57,008 nt of DNA, filler included, from Platydemus manokwari (GCA_037951405.1; 5 parts of 5 records of this genome joined end to end with filler, not necessarily neighbours in it), one strand, 5' to 3'. Shown: positions 37,681 through 50,266, numbered from the whole stretch's first letter. Program-made: numbers and translations. The notes: generated from the sequence alone by a model not told the origin.

Positions 37681-38901
37681 AGTAGCTTCAGGAATCTTAA
37701 AGGAGCTCTGAATTTTACAAATTAATTAGTTTTTAAGGATTGCTTGTTGAAAAAAATATGGGATTAATTTATCATAACTTATTTATTTTCATAAGCTTGA
37801 CTCCAAAGGTGTATGTTATAATTTTGGCCGAATTTAAATATTTAAAATGTATATAAACAGTGGAATAAATAACTCGATAAAATCAATAAAATGTAATTAT
37901 TATTGCAAGACCAGAAATGACTGATTAAATTTTACTGTAATAAATTCAAGAATACATAATTATTTACTGAATAAAAACGTTTAATATTAAATGAGTTTAT
38001 GGTAAATAACCAGTTACAAATAATTTCATTTGCTTAAGATTTAGATATTTATTGTAGAGAACATCCCTTATGGCACTGCCTAGTTACTGATTAGCTTAAA
38101 TGTAGTTAGATGTAGTATCTCCATTACCACAGAATTTATACTAAATTTGAGATTGATTTTAATTAATTAATTAGACCTTAGTTGAACTTGGCTCAAGTTA
38201 AAATGTACATGATGTTTATAAATAGATTTTAGAAACAAGTCATATAAGTTTTTGCAAACAAAATAACGGAAATTCACTTGAACTAGATTAATCATTTCAA
38301 TTAGATAGATTGTTATGAAATAGCAATATTGTAATAAGTCTCCTTAATTAGATATGTAGTTATAAAATAACAATAGTGGAATACACTTTCTTAATTTTAC
38401 TTTTGGTAATTATAATAGATTGTTTAGAACTCAGATTCAGTTGAACTATGAGAAATTTTAAACCTGCGAAACCTGGACCAGTTAAATTGATTTATTTCGA
38501 ATTTTAAATCTGATGAATTGTTGAGACTTTTAAATCTGATAAAAATATTCCGTTCTCTTAACTAGAATTTGAAAGGGTGTTTTCAAAAGAACATGATATT
38601 CTTATTATTAAATTTGAGGGGAAATGTGTTTTAGTTGTTTAATATATAAATTATGTTCTTATTATACATATAACCCAAGACTAATTTTTATTTTATATTA
38701 CTTTCATATTGAAAGACAAAAATAAATTGGTTTATGATAACACATCATTTTATATTCAATGTAAATATAAAACATTAAGATTTTTATTAATTATTTCAAC
38801 AATTGTTAATTTAAATGTTAATATTTTTTTTACTCATAATATGTTATTATATACACAAATAACTCGGATTCATTCATTATTTAAGTATATTGAAATAATT
38901 T

Positions 38902-41900
38902 TTATGAATTTCGTTTCAATTTCATTCGTTTTATCGAATCAAATTTATAAATATTAAAATATTGTGAAAAAGAATTTTTAGATAATTGAGAGTCCGGTTT
39001 AGTTTTTATGAATGAATTTTCCGGGTTTTCTGAGATCATAATATTATCAGATGTAACCGATGTAAAATTATCATCTGTTTCGGAAACTTTTTGGTTGCCA
39101 GAACACTGACTCAGCGGTCGAAGTTTGGATATTAACTTCAGAGCCTTTAGCTTCAGTTGCTCCGAAAAAGTTCGACTTCGTGATTTTGAATTTGACTTGT
39201 TTATTTTTTTACTGGAAAATGATTGAGTGAAAGTATATTCATTGGAATAAATCGTTGAATGGTTAAAATTATTTGAATCAATATCATGATCAGAAAAAAT
39301 AGAAAATTTGTCTTTATGATTATTTGCAGCAATTTCGATATATATCTGATTATTATTTTTGATTGGATTTTTTTCCATTCTTTTCAGTTTTCCTTCTTTC
39401 GATAGACTTAGAAGAGTTTTTTTAATTGCTGGTTGACTATTACATTGAATAAAAGAGGCGCTATCTCGCTGAAAAGGTTTTGAATCTTGTGAGGGTCGAT
39501 TGTCTTTTTGGCAAAAGTTGTGATTATTTTCACAAAAGGATCTTTCATACTCCATATTTGAGCTTTGGTTTTCAGTGTCATTATATTCGTGGGAAGTTAT
39601 AAATATTGAATCTTGTGATATAGAATCGTAATAGTGTGGGCAGCTGTTATAATAATAACCTACTGATAAATTTTTTTCGGGAGTGCTTGGAGAATTTCTT
39701 ATTAAAACAATAAGATCTTCATTATCTACCGACGAACTATTAAAAAACTGAACCGATTCTGCAGTGCCAGTACTGGTACCATCGAATTCCAAGGGTAATT
39801 GTAAACTTTGACTTTGACCGTGATAATTCACCAAGTTTTCTAAAATATCAGTCGGATCTAATTCATTTTCGAAGGAAATTGTGCTTTCAAAGCTCAATAG
39901 ATTTTGATTATTTCTTTTAGCTCTTTCACATACCGTACAATTTGTTGTTATATTTGGAATATTTATCACTTCAGAATATTTAATTATTCCTTTATTGCAG
40001 TTTTGTGGTAGAAGTACGTTTTTCTCACCGGATGTTTCGTAGAAAATTTTACAACCTTCTATTGATAACATGTAATAATTATTTGTCAATATTTCATATG
40101 TTAGAATTTCCATACTTTGTTTTGATGGTAAATATCTGTCTGGAGGATGTTTCGTAAAACCTTCCAACTTGATTTTGTAATGTGTGCCAAAATGATCCGT
40201 AATTTTTTCTAGACTTATATTGGTATCTTTCATAATTCCAGAATGTAGAGATTTAGAGAAAATATTTTTTGGGTAAGAACAATCATTATTTTTATTTTGT
40301 GATTGGTTGTTAGTAATGAGTTCCAACTGAATTATGTTTGATAATTTGTTCTTTTCTTTGATTGGTGTTTTAGCGGGAATAAATCGTAAAGTTTCGTTGA
40401 TGTCAAAGTCTTCTATTTCCACGATTCCAGAAGGTGATCTTTGATTATCACAGTAAAACTTTTGTGGGATTATATTTTCTTTTTCCGGTATGCAACATAC
40501 TCTACAGCTATTGGAAATCGTATTAAAATTAGATTGTGTAAATTGAATAGCTTGTATATCATCATATCTGGGATCCGTTTGATAATTCGTAAACTCACTA
40601 TTCTCTATACACGAAGAATTATTATAGGAAGATTTGCTAAATTTTTCATAAGATATATCAGTATCAACACTAATTATTTTAGAATTTCTCTCAAATTTTC
40701 TAGTATTGTAATTAGGTGAAATATTTGATTGTTTATTGGTTTCAGGGATTTTAAAATGTTTTCTGTGTAAATAATTATTAATTGCGTTATAGCTCTCAGA
40801 CATTACTGATGAAATTACACTTAATGAGTTTTGAGAGTCATTATAGATCTTAAAATTATTTATATCAAAATATCTATCATCATAAATCGATGTTATGAAT
40901 TTGTTATCGTTTAATTCGTGTTTGTTATATTGATTTTTTCCAAATTTGGATTTATCCCAGGTTGATGATTCGACCGTCACATCCTCGACATTATCTCTTT
41001 TTATTTCAGTGGCTTTGTAAATAATCTCTTTGATCTTATCATTAGGACCTTTTCCAATATGGGTTGTTGGTTCATGTAATTTTTTTTCGAGTTTCTTAAA
41101 AAATTGATCTTCTGAAAGTTTCTGTTTTTTCTTAGACGGCTTTAAAGATTGATTTGTTGGAGTTAATTTCTGATTTATAGATTTACCGACATTTTCTTTA
41201 TTGGGATCATTTAATACTAAAGGTTTAGAAAATTTTCGAATACTAACGACATCTTGATTTATTTTCGATGATGTATTTGGAATGTTCTCTTCGACAATAG
41301 ATGATGCATCATCACTTAATTTTTCTATAGGAATTTTATTAATAGAAAGTTTTTTACTACGCAATGTACTACTAATTTTTGATTTTACACTTTTTTCTTC
41401 ACTTTTATTTGACGATTTTTTTGATATGCCCTTTTCTATTCGGGTTGCAGAAGGATTTCTTTTTGGAGTTATCGGATCTACTTGCTGAGTTTTTGAGTCA
41501 TTACTTGTCTTAGAAACGCCACTGAAGACATCATTTTCTATAATCGGTAATAATTCGTCATGGACATTATCTAATTTAATATTAGTAGATTGATCAGAAA
41601 CCAATGCATTATCGATAAATGATGTCAGAACATCATCGAAAATATCTTCAATTATATTTTCTACAAATGAGTTTGTATCGAACCCTACAATTTGGCATGA
41701 ATATTTTCGTGAATGAATTAAATCATCGATTATGTTATCCAAACATTTTTCAATTATTGTATTGATTGAATCAACTTCCAACATTTCATTAGATTTTATT
41801 TCTTTGTCTACGACAATAGAATTCCACGATTCTCCTGTAATATCATTTCCAGTTTTATTTGTTGTTGTTCCGCTAAATTTGTCAAATTTCGATTTAGAGC

Positions 41901-43590
41901 TTTCTGCAGAAATGGTTTTTAATTTTTCATTCATTGATGAACCCATTACGGAATTTGTCAAATTACTTTTACTTGTATTCCCATATGATTCTGAAAAGCT
42001 TGATGATCTTCTATTATCGATTTTGGAAGTATTAAATAAATCTCCTTGAAATCGGTTTTTATCCACTAAGTCACTGTCGTAATTTTTATTAGTTATTACA
42101 TCTTTAGATGTATTGAACGATTCTAATTCTTTAATAGCACTGATATCAGATTGTGTTATTTCGTTTTTAGTAAAATATAATCGATGAATTTCATCAATGG
42201 CATTGTTCATTATTCCTTCAATCATAATATCATCAATAGTAACTTCATAATCTCTTGATAATTGAATATCCTTATTAAACATTTCATTTATTGGCTGATA
42301 GATTACTTCATTGATATTGGCATTTAATAATTCTATATTGTTCGGTTCTCTGTCTAAATCACCCTTTGATTTTTCTGAAATATCTTTCTTTTTCTTTTTG
42401 TAGACATTTTTAAAATATTCATGCTGCATTTTAGATAATATTCTTTGGTATAAATCTTCTAAAATTATCTCTTCATCTTTGTTCAAATTATTTACATGTG
42501 AAGACTCTTTTGAAAAATCTTTTTCCGAAGTAGTATCTTTTATAGGTTCTAATTGCTTCTCTTGACTTCTTTTCTCATCATTTAATAAGAATTCTTCCAA
42601 GATTTCATTTTCCCGTTTTTGGTCTTTTATGTTTTCAACCTCTTCAATATTTTCAATACTATTTTTTATTGAAGATTCATCTTTAAAATCTCTTGTGGTT
42701 GTTTTCGATGTTGTATTTTCTGAATTTTCTTGAGAGTTTTTTGGCTTTTTAATCGACAAAGATCCATTTAAAAAACTAATTTCTCCAGAATACGGACTTT
42801 TAAATTCAGAAATCAAAGATTCAGATAGCGGAGTTTCAAATTCAGTATACATATTCTCATTCAGTATGGAGGAGTTTATAAATGCTTCTTTCTTAATTGG
42901 ATAATCACGATATTTGTTAGATTTATGAACAGGTTTCCCAGTTAATTTTGGAAAATTGATCGAAACTTCTTTACAATCATCAAATACAAATTTTAAAGCT
43001 GTTTTTGGATTAAAAGGTTCTTGTTCAAGAAACGAATTTCGGAAATACCAATTAAGAAAGCTATCGTTTTGTTTTGAATGAGGAATTGTGATTCCTTTTT
43101 TCAAATCCATATCACCAGATCTCCATTTACAAATTTCATTGGATCTAAATATTGACGGTTCGTGTGGTGATTTGATAAGAACATCACCGAATTGATAAGC
43201 TGTTCCACCAGTTCTTTGAAAAGGAAAATATAATGCAGAATTATCGGGAACAAACTCTTGTGAATATATTGTACAACATTCTGCCCGTTTTTGATAATCT
43301 TTTCTGTGTCTGTAAAGTGGAAATTGGTGTTCTAATAGACGATTACATTGGCGAATAGCACACTCATCTTGTCCAACAATTCTGACTATAGCATATTTAA
43401 CAAATTTGTATGAATTGACTTTTCTATTTAGAATTCTATTGGTTAATTCTATAGAACAATTTGTTTTAACTCCGATACTTCGAATATTCGTCTCATCTAA
43501 GAATATTTTAAGAGATTCATCTTTCAATATTAATAAATATTCTTTCACAACATGCTTAGTTGAAAGCAGAGTTTTACTAATCGATGTCAT
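38902..43590 (-). CDS. intronless 1562-aa protein: N-terminal KH-like domain plus long S/N/K/D/E-rich low-complexity region (uncharacterised)
   Basis: 4.7-kb stop-free ORF in very AT-rich DNA; ATG in an A-rich context (ttaaaaATG); AATAAA ~115 nt downstream of the stop (38783-38788, minus); no RT, integrase or transposase motifs. Confidence 0.9.
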   Translation of the reverse strand: MTSISKTLLSTKHVVKEYLLILKDESLKIFLDETNIRSIGVKTNCSIELTNRILNRKVNSYKFVKYAIVRIVGQDECAIRQCNRLLEHQFPLYRHRKDYQKRAECCTIYSQEFVPDNSALYFPFQRTGGTAYQFGDVLIKSPHEPSIFRSNEICKWRSGDMDLKKGITIPHSKQNDSFLNWYFRNSFLEQEPFNPKTALKFVFDDCKEVSINFPKLTGKPVHKSNKYRDYPIKKEAFINSSILNENMYTEFETPLSESLISEFKSPYSGEISFLNGSLSIKKPKNSQENSENTTSKTTTRDFKDESSIKNSIENIEEVENIKDQKRENEILEEFLLNDEKRSQEKQLEPIKDTTSEKDFSKESSHVNNLNKDEEIILEDLYQRILSKMQHEYFKNVYKKKKKDISEKSKGDLDREPNNIELLNANINEVIYQPINEMFNKDIQLSRDYEVTIDDIMIEGIMNNAIDEIHRLYFTKNEITQSDISAIKELESFNTSKDVITNKNYDSDLVDKNRFQGDLFNTSKIDNRRSSSFSESYGNTSKSNLTNSVMGSSMNEKLKTISAESSKSKFDKFSGTTTNKTGNDITGESWNSIVVDKEIKSNEMLEVDSINTIIEKCLDNIIDDLIHSRKYSCQIVGFDTNSFVENIIEDIFDDVLTSFIDNALVSDQSTNIKLDNVHDELLPIIENDVFSGVSKTSNDSKTQQVDPITPKRNPSATRIEKGISKKSSNKSEEKSVKSKISSTLRSKKLSINKIPIEKLSDDASSIVEENIPNTSSKINQDVVSIRKFSKPLVLNDPNKENVGKSINQKLTPTNQSLKPSKKKQKLSEDQFFKKLEKKLHEPTTHIGKGPNDKIKEIIYKATEIKRDNVEDVTVESSTWDKSKFGKNQYNKHELNDNKFITSIYDDRYFDINNFKIYNDSQNSLSVISSVMSESYNAINNYLHRKHFKIPETNKQSNISPNYNTRKFERNSKIISVDTDISYEKFSKSSYNNSSCIENSEFTNYQTDPRYDDIQAIQFTQSNFNTISNSCRVCCIPEKENIIPQKFYCDNQRSPSGIVEIEDFDINETLRFIPAKTPIKEKNKLSNIIQLELITNNQSQNKNNDCSYPKNIFSKSLHSGIMKDTNISLEKITDHFGTHYKIKLEGFTKHPPDRYLPSKQSMEILTYEILTNNYYMLSIEGCKIFYETSGEKNVLLPQNCNKGIIKYSEVINIPNITTNCTVCERAKRNNQNLLSFESTISFENELDPTDILENLVNYHGQSQSLQLPLEFDGTSTGTAESVQFFNSSSVDNEDLIVLIRNSPSTPEKNLSVGYYYNSCPHYYDSISQDSIFITSHEYNDTENQSSNMEYERSFCENNHNFCQKDNRPSQDSKPFQRDSASFIQCNSQPAIKKTLLSLSKEGKLKRMEKNPIKNNNQIYIEIAANNHKDKFSIFSDHDIDSNNFNHSTIYSNEYTFTQSFSSKKINKSNSKSRSRTFSEQLKLKALKLISKLRPLSQCSGNQKVSETDDNFTSVTSDNIMISENPENSFIKTKPDSQLSKNSFSQYFNIYKFDSIKRMKLKRNS

Positions 43591-43694
43591 TTTTAATTAT
43601 ATTTAATTTTGATAAATATTTAATCAATCAATAATTGTTCACGTTGGTCATCTAAATAACTTGTTTTAATGTTAAATATTATTATAAAATTAAG

Positions 43695-44240
43695 AAGAAT
43701 CGGAGATAACGTAGAAGCTTTTATCAGAGAAAATGAGAGAGGTTTTAATCTTTAAAACGTCTTGAGTGGAATAAAGTATTTCTAAAGACTGGAAAACTTT
43801 AAAGGTCTATACACAGAATATCATCTACAACAATTATAATTGTAAAATACAGAAACAAATTATGTAAAATATTTGAAATTAAAGGAACTCTTAATGTTGA
43901 ATAAAGATGAAATATCACAAAAAGACAAACGATTTTTGCACCTTCGAACCCTTATTTTAAATAAATTAGATGGGCAATGATAATTTGGAAAAAGGAACAA
44001 AGCCACACATCAGCTCATGCATAGGGTTGGATCAATCCCGAGTATACAGTAATGAACAAGTCCAATAGAAATTTGAGAAATTCAATGTCAAATCAGAATG
44101 TGATACAAACATGATGCAAAAATTATACACAGATTCCAATTATAAACACCAATGTAAAGATGTCCAACTTCCAAGTTTTAGATTGTATTTGTTTTTGCTA
44201 TGCTTTACGGAGTTTTAATCCATACTGATTAGTACATGTT
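43695..44240 (+). mobile_element. degenerate Ty3/Gypsy-like gag / RNase H remnant
   Basis: GDNVEAFIRENERGFNL (gag-like G.DVEAFI..FER) and CYALRSFNPY*LV (RNase H YAL..FRPYL.G-like); many stops. Confidence 0.4.
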
Positions 44241-45845
44241 AACAAAAATACAGAGTGCAACCTTCGATTCTTTTGGTCATCATACATTGAGACCCCATAT
44301 TTTTCAAATAAATGACAATAATTTTAAATATTACTTTAAATGATTTATAACTTCATTGATAATATAAATGAGATAAATAGGAATAATATTACATCAACTA
44401 ACACATTATTTAATCGTCGTGAATATAAAATGCGAAATTAACCCTTAAAAATTGATCAAGTAACAAAAATGAAATAAGAAAATGAAAATTACTCATAATT
44501 TTATTAACCGTCATAAAATTTTATAGTTGCAAACATTGAATGAATTTAACCCGCATTCAACTTAGAAACAGCAAATAGAAATGGATAATATGTCCTGGAT
44601 AATGATTATAATTATTTTTAATTATCACTATTTATCTGACAAGTAAAAGAAGAGTATAATCAAAGGCAGCCTTGCTCAACTATTAGAAGCTATTAGCCCC
44701 AATTTTTTTGCGAGAAATGAGAATATATGTGCCAACTAATTTTCCGGAAAGATCATTGCCATTGGGATCACCAGCAAGTCTTACCATAGTTTGTGTTATG
44801 TATTGTAAATTCACATTATTATCTTCATTTTTCGAATATTATATATTTATAGAACTGTGCTCAATCTAGAATCTGGATTTGTCCTAATATTGCAAAGAAT
44901 TATTATTCTCACAATTTCGGAGAAACCTGTCGTCGTTGCTGTGTACATTTTTATTGTTACTTGGTATCTAAGTGTGATTTTGTATCCAAAAACGAGTTGC
45001 AATATGGATTGAACCATTTATAAGGTACACATCATTTTTTATAAAGTATTCACTTCACTGACACCATTCACAACCTTTTATGTTGTCAAAATGATGTCAC
45101 GGGTATGCAAAATGGTAACAGAATATAGATTTATTAAGTCAAAACAATACTTTTACCACTACAGTAATCAACGTAGAACAAGCAAAATGTCGACGAGAAG
45201 AAAAATCCTAGCAATAGACTTTATTCCCCCTGGTTTTATATTAGAACTCATTGAGACTGCTAAGACTAGAGCAGTGATCCAAAATAATTATAATAAATCA
45301 TAATAAACCAGAAACCGTTAAAACCCAAACGTGTTTATATATCAATCAAAGTTTGTTTCAATCATGGCATGATTTTCCATGAAATCAATTTTGTTCCTAG
45401 GTTCAAGCTATCAACGAATCAAAAATTGTTTATCGTTTAGGCCACAAATTTCCACGTCTTTGCCTTCGTTAATTATCATTTTTCAACCATTTTTTCAATA
45501 CTATTAATGGAATTTGTGATTTTTGAGAGTTGTTATTGATCAGTATTTTGTTATTTCTGATGGAAACTGGTTTGGTGAAAATCTAATAGTAAATCAACGA
45601 TTTTTCAACCGACAATTACTATGTATATAAGTGAAATGCTGTGAGTTCGAGATTGATGTTGCGTGTAGTGAGTTATATTATATAATAATATGATTAAAAT
45701 AACAATAGGATGATAACAATACTTTATTATAGTACAAATTAACAAATGTGTAATGCTTTAAATTTTAAAAGAAGTTGTTGTGACCTGAAGCTTTATCAGT
45801 GATTAACAACCGCCGGAGGGAACTAAGTGACACCCCACTGCGGTA

Positions 45846-45945
45846 NNNNNNNNNNNNNNNNNNNNNNNNNNNNNNNNNNNNNNNNNNNNTTAATTAATTA
45901 ANNNNNNNNNNNNNNNNNNNNNNNNNNNNNNNNNNNNNNNNNNNN
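45846..45945. other. artificial assembly spacer (44N-TTAATTAATTAA-44N)
   Basis: Same construct as 8814-8913. Confidence 0.97.
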
Positions 45946-47568
45946 CGATTTAAATAAACAATTGTTATTATATGTTTAATAACGTTAATTTCACCAGTAA
46001 GATATCATAATAATATCAGATACATCGATACATTATGTATGTATGATATATTCGAAGATATTTGAATGCAAGTTCAAACTAATTCCTAACATATTTCATA
46101 TGTTAAATCATCTTTATCAAATAATTTATTAATTTTATTGAATCATTTACAATTTAGTGGGTGTGACAAATTATAAATGAATATAATAAAAACCCGTTGC
46201 TAATTGCATGATATAAAATAAATAGTTGAATCTCATATCGTACTATAATCTGGTGTATCATATTTTTATAATCCACAATCACTGCAGAACTTGTGAAATA
46301 AATTTCGTTGCTTAGAATCCTGTTTATCTTTCAATTAACTATTTAATTAGGCAATTTGCTCTTCTAGTTTCTAAGTGAACATCGTTATCGATATTAATTC
46401 AATTGAAAAATATCGTCATGAAGAACTTCGTTTTTAGTTTTTATCGATACACATCTAAATAACAAAATTTACGATCATTCTATCTTATAAACAGTTTATT
46501 AGTGATCGACTTGATAGCTACCTCTGCTTTATCAGATATTTACACTAAATATAAGTTGATATAAATTCATTGTAATTCATATAAAAATGTATTGCTAAGC
46601 ATTTTTAGTGAAAAATCAGAAACTTGATAAAGAGTTTTTTAATAAAATTTTTATTTAAATTTTAAGAGTAACGGCTTTAATGATCTTTTGATAAATTTGG
46701 ATCAATTATTATCGTCCTTAAGATTAATTGAATTTCATATCGCATGTTTTACTTTTATTGGTCAGTAGTTTAATATTTTAGTTGTTCCAATTAATTTATA
46801 ATCGAATTCCAATGATTATTATAATGTCAAAATTACAGTTTTAAAAAATTCCGATGTCATTAGAATAAATAAGATTGACATTAAGAGATTTCACTTGCAT
46901 CACATTCAATTATTTGGACTGTTTTAACAAATACTTGTTTGTGATAATATTTTATTATCGAGTGAAATTATTTCGAAATTATTAGAGAGAGATAGGGGGA
47001 AAAATACTAATTTTTGATCTCATTGTGATATCTGTTTTTCAATATAAATACCAATTTCGATTATCGTTCCAAGTGGTCACTTACATAATTAAAAAAATAA
47101 TTTATAATTAGGGTTTTTCTTTGGATTCACATTTTGATTATGGTACAAAATACGTGAAAAATATTAATTAATGTGATAAATGAACTTTTAGTCTGGTGCG
47201 AAATTTAATTCAGAATTTTTATCTTTACAGATTTACAATGTAAATGAAATTATAATCATTTTTATCGTTAAGGTTGTATATATTTAAAGATATTTTTAGG
47301 TGGCATATTACATATTAAATAACAATTTGAAATTTAGACAATTTCATTTCAAATATTATATTATTTTAATTAATTTTTAAATTTAAATTAATAATAACAG
47401 AATTTATCTCCATCAATTGTAATATGAACGTCTTAAACATTCTCATTTCACATATTTTCTCTGATTTGTTTGGTACAAGATTATATTGACGTTAATGATA
47501 TCTATAACATTTGATTATATTAATTTTAAGGAATATTTCTGTTTACTGTTAAATATATTCATCTAGTT

Positions 47569-48076
47569 CAGAGATTCTCAAACTTTTTTCTCTCATAGAC
47601 CCCTTGCCATGTTTTTCGGTTTTGAGTAGACCCATTATTATACACTATAAAACATTTAAATTTCAACAGTAGTAAAGTTCTTATAATGTGAAAAAGCAAA
47701 AAAACAAAACATTTTAATATAATTATTATTTTTATTAATTAATTTTAAATTACAATATATTAGTATCTGTTACATAAAAATAAGTAAGCAAAAAATAGCA
47801 AAATAAATTATCAACATTCGGCTTCAATCTTGTTAGATTTAATCTAAAATCTCCTCGGTTAATGATGCCCAGTGCTAAACTTTATCCCAACTTGATAATG
47901 CTACAAGGTTAAAAATTTTTATTTTTTTTAAACATTAAAATTGTATCAATTATACTGTTTTTTGTAATATAAGAAAAATTCTTCTCATTGACCCCCCAGT
48001 TTTTTAACTCACGTAGAACCCTTGAAGGTCTTCATCGACATTTTGGGGTCGATATGGACCACTTTTAGAATCACTG
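47569..48076. mobile_element. complete 508-bp hAT-family MITE
   Basis: Left TIR CAGAGATTCTCAAA; right TIR TTTTAGAATCACTG (reverse complement CAGTGATTCTAAAA); 8-bp TSD ATCTAGTT (47561-47568) / GTCTAGTT (48077-48084) fitting the nTCTAGan preference; GACCCC/GGGGTC subterminal repeats. Confidence 0.88.
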
Positions 48077-50266
48077 GTCTAGTTTAATAATTTAATTTTA
48101 AACATGCAGTTAAGTCGACTCTAAAGTTTTGAAATTATTTACTCGCTCAAAACTAATATGGATTAGTTCTTATTATGAACATGAGCTAATATGCTGGCTT
48201 TGATTTGTAGTTTTAAATTTATAACCATATTTTAATTAAATTTTAGAAAATTAATCGACTTCTTTCATTTGATCACTACCGCCTATTTTTTTAAACTACT
48301 TTCATATATTTTACTGAACAGCCTTAGTAAAATGTCAACAACAAATCGTGCTGCACAATTTTAGATCATTTCAGTAAATGTATATACCATTATAACAATG
48401 GACTCAATTATACAAGTATCTAACTTTAAGTAGGCTTCGCGTGCTTTCTAATTTAGAATTTAATAAAAATAAACCAGTATGACGATCAATATTTGTTAAT
48501 AACTTCGTTCATGATAATTGTTTAAAAGTGAACTATTAATCTGTAATTTAATTGGCATTTGACCGATGCCATAACTTTATGTTTGACATGTTTTGTTTCA
48601 TGTTTTCATATCAATTAATATTTCATAAAAACTATTAAATCTTCCTGAATGGGAGCTTGTACTAATTATTTTTATTTTAATTCTGTATAATTGTATTGAT
48701 GGAATTGTTTCGTTGAGCATTTATTCCCTGACATTCATGACAACTTTGATTTTTTTGGATTAAATTTTAGAATTATTTTTTCGGGTACTCTATAGTATAT
48801 TCTAAACCATACACCAGGATTTAAAAATTAAACTATTAAACAGCGTCAAAACATCTTTTAAATATTATACTGAAAATAGAACTAGAGTTAAAATCATTGA
48901 ATGTTCTTTAATATTTTAGTTATAAAACAAGCATGAATTTTATAAATGAATACTTGTTAATTTTGTAAAATGTCCTGCATTTATTTATTAATTACAAAGA
49001 TTTATTTATGTAACAGGGTTTTTTAATACAACTCAGACAGAGTCTGACACCTTCACCTCTAAGTGGCAGTGCATTTTATCACAGTTAGTCTTTTCTTTCC
49101 TTCGACACTCATCGACACGATGTCATCATTATCTCATCCAAGTTTACTGGACATCTTCTTAGAGTCTGCAGGGTCGTCGTCCGAGATGTCATTGTGATCA
49201 TTTAGTCCTTCCTTTTTAAAAAATTCAATGAATTATTTGTACTTTAGAAATTAAAATAACCAGATCATGTTGAAATTATAAATTGGCATGCGTGAAAGTG
49301 TTGGAATTATTCTATCAAAATAATTGTTAATTAGGTAGAAAAAATTACTTTGGTTTATTAAGAGATTATCTTTTACATTGACATATACAATAATACAATA
49401 AACGCTAAACATAAACTTTAAAAACTTTGTATAATATTTAGCATAAGTGTACCTATTATTTTGCTAATTAGTTAAAAACAAAAATTTCCTAATAGTATTT
49501 TATTTTCGTATTATGATTTATGTCGTTCATTAGTTGTGAAAATTGAGTCAACATTAACAGTTACAGACTATCTGGTTCGATCTATTTAATAGAAATTCGA
49601 ATATTTGAGTTGTAGTATAATATGATATTAGCAAATAAATGTTTTGGTTGGATTGGTGGTTATTTAATATGTTGATTATTTATGAATTGGTTTATTTTTT
49701 AAATTCATACAAGAACAATTAAATGTAATTTTTCGAATAAATCGGATAAAGAATAAATCGGTCTTAATTATTTTTATAATGGACAAATTTAAATTAGGTT
49801 TAATTTTAATTCGTGGTTTAATATTTAAATTTAAAAGTATTTTCAAAATTTCACAGATATTTGTAAAGCAAGAAAGCAATTAAAGCGGTGAACTTCATAT
49901 ATCAATTATTCGATTACTGCTTAAACTTTTTATTCGGCTATGATTAGTTTTTTGGTATTTAGCTACTTATTTATTACAAAATTGTCATGAATTAATTGAG
50001 AAATTCTTGGTTCATTTTTCTTTTGAGACATTTATATTTGATTTATTCTATCATTTTTATTTTTACTTTATGTCCTTTTATGCTTTATATTTACACGAAA
50101 TTATTATTATTTTCCAAAATTAAGACATGTGTTCGCATATGCATTGAACAATTAAATGTCAACATCAATCATTATTGATATTACATAAAAACTGAAAAAT
50201 TAATCGTCTCTATAATTTTATTGTGCTTTCTTTTTAAAAATTTATTCTTTATTTATTACATTTTAG

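Noticed and set aside
40441-42049. Plus-strand ORFs of 68-105 aa opposite the 1562-aa gene
   Set aside because: Antisense shadows of the real ORF's codon bias
38902-43590. 1562-aa ORF as a transposon or viral polyprotein
   Set aside because: No RT, protease, integrase, DDE, helicase or polymerase motifs seen, and no flanking TIRs or LTRs
44853-45023. Cys-rich frame NCAQSRIWICPN...CRRCCVHFYC
   Set aside because: No consistent upstream exon or recognisable domain; lies among TE debris
48247-48370. Open frame KLIDFF...LSKMSTTNRAAQF as a possible Dymeclin LANMS..AAQR exon
   Set aside because: Spacing and flanking residues do not match and the frame ends in a stop
49009-49565. TGTAAC...GTTACA as a solo LTR
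   Set aside because: No target-site duplication; a 6-bp match is expected by chance
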